Below are positions 52,871 through 61,813 of a DNA stretch of 64,000 nucleotides, piece after piece. Position numbers and translations under genes: made by a program. Location of the stretch: IMG/VR virus record IMGVR_UViG_3300032046_000009, one strand, 5' to 3'. The first letter of the stretch is position 1, and each line of letters starts with the position of its first letter. Source of the stretch: a virus. Its lineage: Duplodnaviria; Heunggongvirae; Uroviricota; Caudoviricetes. The notes under the pieces are model-generated. The model worked only from the letters and a program-made list of their open reading frames with translations, was not told the origin of the DNA and did not search any database.

Positions 52871-53012
52871 TTTCTCATTACCTTTACAACTTTAAGATAC
52901 CTATAGACTCTGTTATATTCTCGCCTTGCTTCCAAATATTCTTTAAGACTTTCTGAAATTATTCGTAATTCTTCATCGGTCATTTCTTTCTACTCTCCAT
53001 ATATCACTATCA

Positions 53013-53336
53013 TCATCTTTTTAAATAAGAAATTTTATTATCTTCGAGAAGTTTTTGGAGATAATGTTCGTAATGTAATCCACATTTGGCACATTCTGTA
53101 ACCCAATCATAATCACTTTGCCATTTATGTTCTGGGCAATGTTCTTCACAATAGTATTTGTCTTCGTAAAGATGACAAAGATTCATAACAAGCCGTGCAT
53201 TACAAATAGTACAATTTCGAAAGGATTCTATCTCTTTCTTTTTCTGTTCCCATTCCTCATTAGAAAGATTTAATATTCCTTCAAATGTAGCTTTCATTTT
53301 TTCTTCTCCGTCCATTCTCTGCAACTTCCCCACCAT
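53013..53336 (-). CDS. Cys/His-rich protein (107 aa)
   Basis: track ORF. Confidence 0.5.
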   Translation of the reverse strand: MVGKLQRMDGEEKMKATFEGILNLSNEEWEQKKKEIESFRNCTICNARLVMNLCHLYEDKYYCEEHCPEHKWQSDYDWVTECAKCGLHYEHYLQKLLEDNKISYLKR

Positions 53337-53406
53337 CTATGGGTGCATTCTTCATTTCCACAGGTTGCACAACAATTATACGGTCTAAAGTTAACGGGAT
53401 ACCTTC

Positions 53407-54525
53407 TCATTTCTTTCTTCGCTCCATGTAATCTTCATAGAATGTGAACAAGTTTCCACGACTTGAGTAGAGATGTTTTCGGCATTCTTCTGAAACGGCT
53501 TTAGCAATAAGTGGCATATCATGTTTTGGTGTACCATCTAATCCAAAGTCCGCTTCGACATGGCTTATTGCACCCATGATTTCGCTCTCTGGAATTTGTG
53601 GTAACTTTGGCGGTCCCTCTCGTATCCGTTCGACTATTGGCTTTGGAATATCTAGTTTCACTTTTGCTTGAATATACTCTCCTTCTTTATCGAATGTTTT
53701 CAGTACCATACCTTCATCTTTGCCGTAATCCTTTTCGGTGTTACAGTATTCCAGAACGTGATTAGAAAACTTTATCAAATCCTTTATTGTTCTGTGTCTT
53801 GTTGATGCGTAAAGCTGGACAACTGGAATTTTAGAGTGATAACAATATTGATATACCTGTGTATAAGGAAGGAAATTCTTGAGTGCGGTATCGTAGATGT
53901 CAACAACGAACAGGATAGGCTTTTCATACCTTCTTATCCCTGTGACGCTTGCACCTTTGGCACATTCTTCTACAATTACTCTGAATGTTGGATTAGCTTC
54001 GATTAGTGCTACGATTTTCTCATAATCCTCTACACAATCTTTTCTTACTCTGGCTTGAATATCCTTAGCGGCTATCTCTTGATTATGACTTGATATGACA
54101 AACTCGAACTGTTTCCGCGTATGTGGTTTCTTTCTCTTCCATATGGTAACATTTTCACCATCTTCTTTTATTGTCCATTGAAGTCTAAGTCCGAGCAATG
54201 ACCTTCTAAGTCTGGCATTAGTTGTCAAAATAGGAATATGAGGGTAGTGTTCCCACGGAAGTTCTTTTTGGCGTTTCTTTGTTCCAGTAAAGAATGGAGA
54301 TATACATATGGCTGGTTTATCGAAATCAACCTTAACAGATTCCTTAACCAACTTTCTCAGTTTTGCATTATTACATCTAGTATCAATCAATTCTTTAGCT
54401 TTAGGGTCCCATTCGAATCCTTCTGGAATCTTTCGTGGTTTTCTCATCTTCTTTCCTAATTTCTCCAACCTTTTGAATACTTTGGAAGGTTTCCAGATTT
54501 CGTCTGGATTATCTGCGCCTGTCAT
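53407..54525 (-). CDS. putative covalent nucleotidyltransferase (ATP-dependent RNA/DNA ligase-like)
   Basis: candidate motif I KEDG (TIKEDGENV), motif IV DEGMVLK, motif V AKVKLD in the expected order; 372 aa. Confidence 0.4.
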   Translation of the reverse strand: MTGADNPDEIWKPSKVFKRLEKLGKKMRKPRKIPEGFEWDPKAKELIDTRCNNAKLRKLVKESVKVDFDKPAICISPFFTGTKKRQKELPWEHYPHIPILTTNARLRRSLLGLRLQWTIKEDGENVTIWKRKKPHTRKQFEFVISSHNQEIAAKDIQARVRKDCVEDYEKIVALIEANPTFRVIVEECAKGASVTGIRRYEKPILFVVDIYDTALKNFLPYTQVYQYCYHSKIPVVQLYASTRHRTIKDLIKFSNHVLEYCNTEKDYGKDEGMVLKTFDKEGEYIQAKVKLDIPKPIVERIREGPPKLPQIPESEIMGAISHVEADFGLDGTPKHDMPLIAKAVSEECRKHLYSSRGNLFTFYEDYMERRKK

Positions 54526-55238
54526 TACTTCTCAGCCTTTTGTGCTTTCTCAAGTTTCTTTTTCAGTTCGGCTATGTGAGCGTCTTTCTTCTTTACTTCT
54601 TCTATGATTTTTGCAGTTTCGGGGTCAATCAATGGTATCATTTCTTCTTTTGTGGGTATCATAGTTTCTGGTTTCTTAAATTGTTCGGCTAGTTTTGCTT
54701 GGCGTTCAGCTTCCATTGCGGCACGTTCTTTCTTCTGTAGTTCATATGCTTCCGCTTTTCTAGTTTCCTGATAGTCTGTCTGGGTTTTTCTGAAAATTTC
54801 ATATTTGTAAATATCAGCGTTACTTATCGAATCTGGAACCACCTTTATGTCATCAGGCACACCCATTGCAATTTTTCGTTCACGATTCTTGGTAGCTTGT
54901 TCGCTTCTAATTTGCCAATTACGACATTTCTGGCACATTGATTTCTCTGGAATCATAACATTGTCAACCTCTGTGTTCGGTTCCTTTATTAGTCTTTTTC
55001 CTTTTTCTTCGAGACTTCGAGTTGAACCCTCAATTTTTGTGCCCATACTATTCCATTCGGTTGGAACAGTTTTACGAAATACCTTCTTACATTTAGGGCA
55101 ACCAAAAATATTCCCATCAATAGACTTCGCCAATTCTGTTTTGTCGTCAGGGCAAGTATGTTTCTTGAAGACGTAAACCTTCAACATTGTTACGAAATAA
55201 TCTTGTCCACATGATGAACATTTCTGTTTTTGTTTCAT
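54525..55238 (-). CDS. zinc-ribbon plus Lys/Glu-rich coiled-coil protein (237 aa)
   Basis: track ORF; CSSC...CPKCKK; C-terminal KAE repeats; promoter box 55275-55310. Confidence 0.55.
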   Translation of the reverse strand: MKQKQKCSSCGQDYFVTMLKVYVFKKHTCPDDKTELAKSIDGNIFGCPKCKKVFRKTVPTEWNSMGTKIEGSTRSLEEKGKRLIKEPNTEVDNVMIPEKSMCQKCRNWQIRSEQATKNRERKIAMGVPDDIKVVPDSISNADIYKYEIFRKTQTDYQETRKAEAYELQKKERAAMEAERQAKLAEQFKKPETMIPTKEEMIPLIDPETAKIIEEVKKKDAHIAELKKKLEKAQKAEK

Positions 55239-55487
55239 ATTTCAATCACTATAAAGGTATTACGCACTCGTCCTATTTAAACTTTGCGTCAGAAACTCCA
55301 TGCTCAACTTCTAATCAATGAGAGGGTCAACCATTCATTGACGAGAACCATAATGTCATCTGGGTATTTTGGAAACTCTGGAATATCTAAAAATAGAAAC
55401 AACTCGATAAAGAAGTAAGGCTTTCGGTCTGTCCAATAAATTCTTTGAACCATCGAAGGACGTATTCTAAGTTCTTTTATCAATCGA

Positions 55488-55659
55488 ACTTCACCTTTTC
55501 AGACTCTACACGAACTTTATAACAGTCATCAAATGCATGGGGATTCTCAATATACGAACGAGTTTTCTTCCAACATTTTCTACAGAAACATTCTTTGGTT
55601 CTACAGTCTTTAAACTTGGCATCACATTCGAATTCGATACCGCAATTAAGGCATTTCAA
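55488..55659 (-). CDS. VxFT-tail family (about 55 aa, SEKVKFD)
   Basis: hand-translated (L)KCLNCGIEFECDAKFKDC... Confidence 0.4.
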
Positions 55660-55805
55660 TCGAATTGGACCTTCTCTATTTTATGAAAATAGTTGTAATA
55701 TTCGTGAGCAAGTCGTACAAACCATCTCATACATGCTCTATGATTACTACCACATTGAGTGGTCGGTGGTGGTATTATACATCCCCATGTATTTTTTGGT
55801 TTCAT
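55656..55805 (-). CDS. VxFT-tail family (47 aa, IEKVQFD)
   Basis: hand-translated MKPKNTWGCIIPPPTTQCG... Confidence 0.4.
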   Translation of the reverse strand: MKPKNTWGCIIPPPTTQCGSNHRACMRWFVRLAHEYYNYFHKIEKVQFD

Positions 55806-55849
55806 GTGAACGTAACCTTTTCTTCTTCTACAAATTTAATTGCCATCAT
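55802..55849 (-). CDS. mini-ORF (MMAIKFVEEEKVTFT, 15 aa) consisting almost only of the conserved tail, first cistron after a TATA at 55895-55910
   Basis: hand-translated; ATGA junction to the next member. Confidence 0.3.
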   Translation of the reverse strand: MMAIKFVEEEKVTFT

Positions 55850-55925
55850 AATAAAACGAGTGTACCATCCTAAAGCCGCTCTGCATTTGTTATTTCCAAG
55901 TCGAAATTTGTGATTATGGATTTGC

Positions 55926-56618
55926 CTATATAATTTTGTTTGAGCCATCCCGCCATTCCCTCAGTCCGTAACTTTTGTTTGCCTTAATGAACACGAGTGG
56001 ACCGTGGGTATAACTCATTTCCTTAACTTCTCTTTGCAATCTTGGAATCAGATTAAGTTTATCTTGAACGGTCCATTCTGATTTTTGAGCGGCTTGAATA
56101 TCTTTCTTAATAAGGGCATCAGCCATAATGTTGACACAGCATATCTCACCACATTGTATAAGTCTGTCAGTCACGACATGAGTTAATTCGTTAAGTTCTT
56201 CTCCTGTAAAATCATTCACCGTAAAGTGTGAATTAACATTAATCATATGTGGTTGGTCTTTGAAAATAATTTTCGTCCTATATTGCCATTTCTTCCACCA
56301 CGACTGAACCCAAAAATGAACAAATTCCTCTGTGTCTTTTATATCTTGCAAATTTTTGGTTACGCCAAAATTTTCTACAATTAATGATATAATCTCTTCC
56401 ATGATTACTTGTTGCGAAGGTAGAAACTCTTGAGATATTTGTTTATCAACACTCATATGGTTTCTGTCAAGATATTCAGTATAATTCTTAAAGTCTTCAA
56501 TGCAGATTTCATAAACCTTTCGGTCTTCGCCAGTAAGACTTAGCAATGGACAAATTTCAGCTAGATTATTGAAAATTAACGTGTTAATCCAAAATCTCAT
56601 ATCTATATTAAGAGCCAT
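55926..56618 (-). CDS. hypothetical protein (230 aa)
   Basis: track ORF; promoter box 56655-56695 plus palindromic site 56711-56726. Confidence 0.55.
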   Translation of the reverse strand: MALNIDMRFWINTLIFNNLAEICPLLSLTGEDRKVYEICIEDFKNYTEYLDRNHMSVDKQISQEFLPSQQVIMEEIISLIVENFGVTKNLQDIKDTEEFVHFWVQSWWKKWQYRTKIIFKDQPHMINVNSHFTVNDFTGEELNELTHVVTDRLIQCGEICCVNIMADALIKKDIQAAQKSEWTVQDKLNLIPRLQREVKEMSYTHGPLVFIKANKSYGLREWRDGSNKII

Positions 56619-56710
56619 TATACATCAATACTCCAACTACTATAATCTCTCCGTCCCTTATAAACCTTACGCTAGAATAACCATGCTCAATTTAAAGGTT
56701 ATGATGCCAG

Positions 56711-56726
56711 TTAATCAACTGATTAA
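56711..56726. promoter_or_regulatory. palindromic site TTAATCAACTGATTAA upstream of the promoter box
   Basis: TTAATCA-NN-TGATTAA family. Confidence 0.6.
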
Positions 56727-56792
56727 AATATTGGTTTTGATAACCTTCTCCGCCGTTTTCCCATGCTTTCAACATGCTTTATAATATAGTTA

Positions 56793-57068
56793 TCAAACTT
56801 TAGTTCTGATTTTTTTCTGCTTGGCGTGAAACTTTTTGTGACATTTTGTGTGAGCCAATACTAGATATTCAGGAGAATAAGAAACATGGTGAATATCAAC
56901 TTTGTCCCTTCCATCAATCGGAAAATCGGATGCATCAAAAGGCAAACCACAAAAGTAGCATATTGTTGGATTAGACCTTTGCATTATAGAAATTATGTTT
57001 ATCATGCGTTCTTTAAAAAGAAATGTGCGATAGGACTTAGAAATCTTCTTCGTCTTTTTGCTCTTCAA
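56793..57068 (-). CDS. small HNH-like nuclease-motif protein (91 aa)
   Basis: CYFCG...DIHHV...HTKCH. Confidence 0.4.
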   Translation of the reverse strand: MKSKKTKKISKSYRTFLFKERMINIISIMQRSNPTICYFCGLPFDASDFPIDGRDKVDIHHVSYSPEYLVLAHTKCHKKFHAKQKKIRTKV

Positions 57069-57315
57069 GTTTCTTACCTCTAAGTTTGTATTCGGTTTCT
57101 ACTGGATTTTCTCCGAACCTAGCTTTATCGGAAAGTATTTCTTCCATAGTTGATTTGGGACTATCACCAGTTTCCCAATCCTTATCTGCAATACGCTCCC
57201 AGCATTTGGCACATACACCTATTTGACCCTTCTTTTTCCAAGTTATATAAACAATGGCTGGGTCTTCGAGAGTCTTGCACCGAACGTGAAGTTTCATTTC
57301 ATTTACTTGGCACAT
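57037..57315 (-). CDS. small Cys-containing protein (92 aa)
   Basis: track ORF. Confidence 0.45.
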   Translation of the reverse strand: MCQVNEMKLHVRCKTLEDPAIVYITWKKKGQIGVCAKCWERIADKDWETGDSPKSTMEEILSDKARFGENPVETEYKLRGKKLEEQKDEEDF

Positions 57316-57464
57316 TGAGTTCTTTTTCTCCTAAAGTCCATTCTAACAAATCTATGTAACTTTTCAAAATATGGAACATCGCCCACTCGTGGTCAACTTT
57401 AGCTTTTTCTCTCAACTTCTTGAAAGAATCAATCATCATATGAATTTCTTCAACAGTTTTTCTC

Positions 57465-57863
57465 TTATACGCCATAATGAAGTTGCTCCTGTAGTTTGAC
57501 TAAGAAACTAATCCAATTCTCATGATTCTTCATTGAACGAGTTGCACAATGAGAAAGTTCCTCAACCAAGACAGCACTCATGAATTGACTTATTCCGACC
57601 ATATCCTCTGGACAGTCATGCATCTTCTTAGCCATATAAAGATTCATCGTCACCAAGTTAATAGGCTTTGCATAGAATGTATTTCCAGATTGAAGTCTTT
57701 TGTTCCAGACCCAGATAATATAGGGGTCTTCATCTATATCAGGTTCTTTGAATATATACTTGTCTTTTATTCGTATTGTCTTTATCTGTGGTGCATTAGG
57801 AAAATTCAATTCAAGAGGCATTTTTTTCTTCCTTCTCTTTTGGTACTTCTTGCATAGGACCAC
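57465..57863 (-). CDS. hypothetical protein (132 aa)
   Basis: track ORF. Confidence 0.5.
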   Translation of the reverse strand: MVLCKKYQKRRKKKMPLELNFPNAPQIKTIRIKDKYIFKEPDIDEDPYIIWVWNKRLQSGNTFYAKPINLVTMNLYMAKKMHDCPEDMVGISQFMSAVLVEELSHCATRSMKNHENWISFLVKLQEQLHYGV

Positions 57864-58206
57864 CTTGCCATTCTACTTTATCCTTCTTTGGTCGCCCACG
57901 CTTTCGTTTCTCAAGAGTTTCCCCAATTTCCATCTGAATGTCTTTGTCTGCTTTCCACTCAGTTTTTGGATAAATTTTAGCAAAACATTCTCTATTAAAA
58001 GTAGCCAAGCAAACTCTGAATGTGCATTTACATTTAGGACATTCAAGTAAACCTTCTGGACCTTTATTCTCTTCTTTGAGTTGAAGTTCTGCGTTACAAT
58101 GTGGACAATGAATGGTTACTGGCATTATTGTATCAATCCTTCCTTTGCTAATTTCTTTGCTTCTCTCCAATTCGTTTTGAGCAATTTTCGTTTGCATTCC
58201 GCACAA
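57811..58206 (-). CDS. zinc-ribbon protein with AT-hook-like KRKRGRPKK tail (131 aa)
   Basis: CPHCNAE...CPKCKC; GRP motif. Confidence 0.5.
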   Translation of the reverse strand: MCGMQTKIAQNELERSKEISKGRIDTIMPVTIHCPHCNAELQLKEENKGPEGLLECPKCKCTFRVCLATFNRECFAKIYPKTEWKADKDIQMEIGETLEKRKRGRPKKDKVEWQGGPMQEVPKEKEEKNAS

Positions 58207-58514
58207 TTATCTACGCTGTCGTCATTTCCTAACTCATAAGTGTTTCCTAGATATAGCCAACGTCCGCAAAGCGCACGATGTTCCTTGACATAATGTGCCT
58301 TTTTGCTATTAAGAAACCAAACCCATCCTTCCTTAAGTGGTGCTGGTTGTCTCCAATCGTCACCAACCCGATAACCACATTTACGACATTCCATCTTTGT
58401 ATAAGTTTCTGAAACATATGTAAGTTTGACTTCTATTGAGCCGCACTTCGGACATTTCTCTTGATTGATAGGAAGAACTGGCTTGATTGTTGGTACTTTC
58501 GGTATTTCTGGCAT
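58125..58514 (-). CDS. zinc-ribbon protein (129 aa)
   Basis: CPKCGS...CRKCGY...CAECKRK. Confidence 0.5.
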   Translation of the reverse strand: MPEIPKVPTIKPVLPINQEKCPKCGSIEVKLTYVSETYTKMECRKCGYRVGDDWRQPAPLKEGWVWFLNSKKAHYVKEHRALCGRWLYLGNTYELGNDDSVDNCAECKRKLLKTNWREAKKLAKEGLIQ

Positions 58515-58744
58515 TATTCATTAACCTCTACTGATTTGGCTCCCATAACGATATAGGCTTTGAATGCTTCATTTATTTCCCTAAGAGCTTGTTCCATTAT
58601 CCAAAGATTATAGGATTCGCCTATTTTTCTTTGTGCCCATCTTCTCAAGCTCTCGTAATCCCTTATAGTTATTTTACCCATTTTTAGGTCACTATCCTAT
58701 TATATCAGTCGTCCTATATAAATCTTGCGTAAAAAACACCATGC

Positions 58745-59680
58745 TCAATATTTGAAATCTTTCACATAGGTAGCCCACGGACGGTTTTTTGCCGTTTCAT
58801 TAGACATAGCACCCAAATGAGCGAACTTTATTCTGAAATCAAGATGAACTGAATATCCCAAACTACCAGCTAAAAGACAAAATCCAAAGTCTTCGCTTGC
58901 CCCCTCTTCTTGTTTAGCCAAATCATGGCGTATAGGAACAAAATTCAATCTTTTATCATTAAGAATTTTTCTGCTTAACGCCAAAGCACCAGCACTTGTG
59001 CAAGTCGCTTTGTATATCTTTCCCTCGTCATAATCTTGATATTTAAAGCCGAGAACATTAAGATTAAGTTGTCTGGCTTTTCTTATCTCTTTTGCAATTC
59101 CTCGTTTTATAATCGGAACAGTCCCTTTCGGCATGTCCTTAATAGGAGCATCAATAGACCATACGGTTGCTACCATAGTTTCTTGTGGAAAATCCCTAGT
59201 ATATGACCCGCCACAAATATCGAGATTATTGTCGTAATAAATATTATCCAAAAACCTTTGAATAAAATCTTTATCCTGTGGGATACAGTCATCATCGAGA
59301 AATATCGCTATGTTTGCACCAAATGTTCTTGCCCGTGTTAAAAGCAGTTGACGAACATTAGCTATTGGCTCATAAGGTTGTCCCTTAGCGGCATCTTCTT
59401 TGAACCAAATACGAATAACTTCGTGTGGCAACTGAAACTTTTCAATCAGTTCAAGAGTATTATCTACGCTATTGTTTTCGCAGAAGATGACTTTTTCAGG
59501 CTGTGGGTCTAAGCGATAAAGTGCTCGTTCGAAAACTTTCCAGCAACGTCTTGTAGTATTGTAAATAGGCACAAGAAGAACTACATCTTTAGCTACTTTC
59601 CCTAAAAATGGGGTATCATCTCTAACCCAAAGAAGAGTGAAAGAAACTTTGAAGCCCTCAATTTCTATTAGTGGCAACAT
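58745..59680 (-). CDS. family-2 glycosyltransferase (GT-A fold)
   Basis: CENNSVDNTLELIEKF and LDDDCIPQ (DxD) motifs; 311 aa; promoter box 58715-58750. Confidence 0.6.
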   Translation of the reverse strand: MLPLIEIEGFKVSFTLLWVRDDTPFLGKVAKDVVLLVPIYNTTRRCWKVFERALYRLDPQPEKVIFCENNSVDNTLELIEKFQLPHEVIRIWFKEDAAKGQPYEPIANVRQLLLTRARTFGANIAIFLDDDCIPQDKDFIQRFLDNIYYDNNLDICGGSYTRDFPQETMVATVWSIDAPIKDMPKGTVPIIKRGIAKEIRKARQLNLNVLGFKYQDYDEGKIYKATCTSAGALALSRKILNDKRLNFVPIRHDLAKQEEGASEDFGFCLLAGSLGYSVHLDFRIKFAHLGAMSNETAKNRPWATYVKDFKY

Positions 59681-59966
59681 TGATTATTTTTCTTCCCCAT
59701 TGTATTCTATTCCATCCACGTTCATTGAAATAGGTAATAGCATAACAAAGTCCTTCTATCCCAATTGCTACGCCTAAAGATTCCGCTGGACGTTGGAAGA
59801 TAAGGTCGAGAACTATGAAGTCAAATACTACTTCCAACATCTTTGCGGTTACACCTTTAAGGACTGTACGCAAACGACTTTCGCAGACCTTATGCTCGTG
59901 GTCGCATTTGGACATTAGATTGCCTCTGTTTCTTCTTCGCTTGGAATGGTTTCTTTGCGCCAGCAT
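59658..59966 (-). CDS. hypothetical protein (102 aa)
   Basis: track ORF. Confidence 0.45.
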   Translation of the reverse strand: MLAQRNHSKRRRNRGNLMSKCDHEHKVCESRLRTVLKGVTAKMLEVVFDFIVLDLIFQRPAESLGVAIGIEGLCYAITYFNERGWNRIQWGRKIINVATNRN

Positions 59967-60276
59967 CTCTAACTAATTCTTCTGCCGTCTTTGGTTTAGT
60001 CTTGTATGAGATGACTTCTGCACCAACTTTGAATTTCTGCCACGGATGGTCTTGGCATATGAAATATTTGGTGAGTCCTTCTCGGCATTTAGGCATGAAA
60101 TCTTTGCGGCATTTCAAGCATTTACGCATACCTTTCTTTTTCTCGGTCAAGATGAATGGCTTAGATTGACTTCTTTTACAGTTAGGGCATTCGGATAATC
60201 CCAAGTTAGTTATGAGTTTTCTGGTTCGCAGTAATCTAATACATTTTGGTTCTGGACATCTAGGGTTCAAACTCAT
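59890..60276 (-). CDS. basic zinc-ribbon protein (128 aa)
   Basis: CPNCKRS...CLKCRKD. Confidence 0.5.
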   Translation of the reverse strand: MSLNPRCPEPKCIRLLRTRKLITNLGLSECPNCKRSQSKPFILTEKKKGMRKCLKCRKDFMPKCREGLTKYFICQDHPWQKFKVGAEVISYKTKPKTAEELVRDAGAKKPFQAKKKQRQSNVQMRPRA

Positions 60277-60285
60277 TCACCACCT

Positions 60286-60516
60286 TTATTCTTCGCTCCA
60301 TTGATTGAAATGCGGTATTACCAATTGTATTGGTTTCTGCGATAATTCAATGGCTTTTTTATTATCCACTAGCCAGCTAAGAACTTTTAGATAGATAGTC
60401 TCATATGGGGTTCTCGGCATCTTCTTCTCTTGTAACTTACAAAGCAAATAGTATGCTTCTCGGTCAACAAGATAAGTTTTTTCTCCGATGTAAACCATTG
60501 ACATATAATCTGGCAT
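60286..60516 (-). CDS. hypothetical protein (76 aa)
   Basis: track ORF. Confidence 0.45.
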   Translation of the reverse strand: MPDYMSMVYIGEKTYLVDREAYYLLCKLQEKKMPRTPYETIYLKVLSWLVDNKKAIELSQKPIQLVIPHFNQWSEE

Positions 60517-60524
60517 AAAACCAT

Positions 60525-60824
60525 CTACTTCGTTTGTCTATTGGCGTATGTGAGAATCCCATGTAATTTGCCATTCCCGTTGTTGATTGTGCAGTAGAGA
60601 CATTCCTCAATAACGAATAGCTTTCCGTCAATATGTTGTGTGTACTTCATACGTTTATGTCGTCCACAAGTAAGACACGGTTCTTCAACATTAACTACAA
60701 CGATTCGCCCATCCATTTCCTTGATTTTTCGTTTCTCGTCTTCGCTTATGTTTTCTAAAGGAATCCGCATACAACTTCGGATTTGTTTTATCATTTTTTT
60801 CTTACCTTGAATATATACACGCAT
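60525..60824 (-). CDS. zinc-ribbon protein (99 aa)
   Basis: CLTCGRH...CLYC; promoter box 60820-60860. Confidence 0.5.
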   Translation of the reverse strand: MRVYIQGKKKMIKQIRSCMRIPLENISEDEKRKIKEMDGRIVVVNVEEPCLTCGRHKRMKYTQHIDGKLFVIEECLYCTINNGNGKLHGILTYANRQTK

Positions 60825-61020
60825 TCGTCCTATATAAACCTTGCCCTAGAAAGACCATGCTCAACTTTCGAGTCTCTGTTCTTTTCCAAGATGTCTCAGA
60901 ATAATAAATTGATGATGAAATCCCTCAACTGGTGGAATAAGATTTTCGCCCTTCATTTTCCATTCTATACTATATCTATCGGTTGCATGAATCCAAAGTC
61001 CATCATATTCGAAACTCATA

Positions 61021-61422
61021 TTACCATCTTGGTCTATTTCTCTTTGTTACAGGTTCTAGGCAAGTGCCATTTACTCCATACAAAGAAATGAAGTGAGCTA
61101 TGAAAGTTCCTCTATATCCTTTAATGTTAAAGTCTGCATTCCAATCTTTGCGATACTTTATTAGGATTTTGATAATCTCAACTTCTGTGAATTCATGAAT
61201 ATATGTTCCTAAATCCTGAGAATATCTGGGAGCAATTTCTACTGTTTCTGTTGCAAAACAAACCCCAGTTTCGGAAAGATAAACTGGGCGAACATGGTCA
61301 TTGCATAAATGTCGAGAACGACAATGTTTACATATATCATGTTTCCATTCACTACATTCATGAACACATGTAAATTTGAAACCTAATAGGTCATGCTTTG
61401 TATATACCTTTCGTTCACTCAA
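61021..61422 (-). CDS. Cys/His-rich protein (133 aa)
   Basis: track ORF. Confidence 0.5.
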   Translation of the reverse strand: MSERKVYTKHDLLGFKFTCVHECSEWKHDICKHCRSRHLCNDHVRPVYLSETGVCFATETVEIAPRYSQDLGTYIHEFTEVEIIKILIKYRKDWNADFNIKGYRGTFIAHFISLYGVNGTCLEPVTKRNRPRW

Positions 61423-61735
61423 TCAATATACCCTCGGACCTTAATTCTCTAATTACATCGTCACGAGAAATTGGTAGAAGTATTCTCTTATAATAGAGTG
61501 CCCAATCGAACATAACGTGCATCTTTGCTACTTCAATAAATCTTTCACGTTGTTTTATATCTGGGTAATCCTCTGGGTTGTATTTATCATAAATTGCAAT
61601 TGTATAGTGTGTATCTATCCAATGAGTACGTCCGTTAGTTCCATTATATGTTCCATCTATCCACTTATGAACTTCGGGATAAGATTCTCCAAAAATTTTC
61701 CAATCAATATCTTCATGAATTTTCGGGTTAGGCAT
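61415..61735 (-). CDS. hypothetical protein (106 aa)
   Basis: track ORF. Confidence 0.5.
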   Translation of the reverse strand: MPNPKIHEDIDWKIFGESYPEVHKWIDGTYNGTNGRTHWIDTHYTIAIYDKYNPEDYPDIKQRERFIEVAKMHVMFDWALYYKRILLPISRDDVIRELRSEGILIE

Positions 61736-61813
61736 ATTTTCTCACTAAGGGATAACATAGAGTAAAGGAAGTATTTAAATCTTGCGGAAAAAGAGGGAGA
61801 GTGAAGGTAGTTC

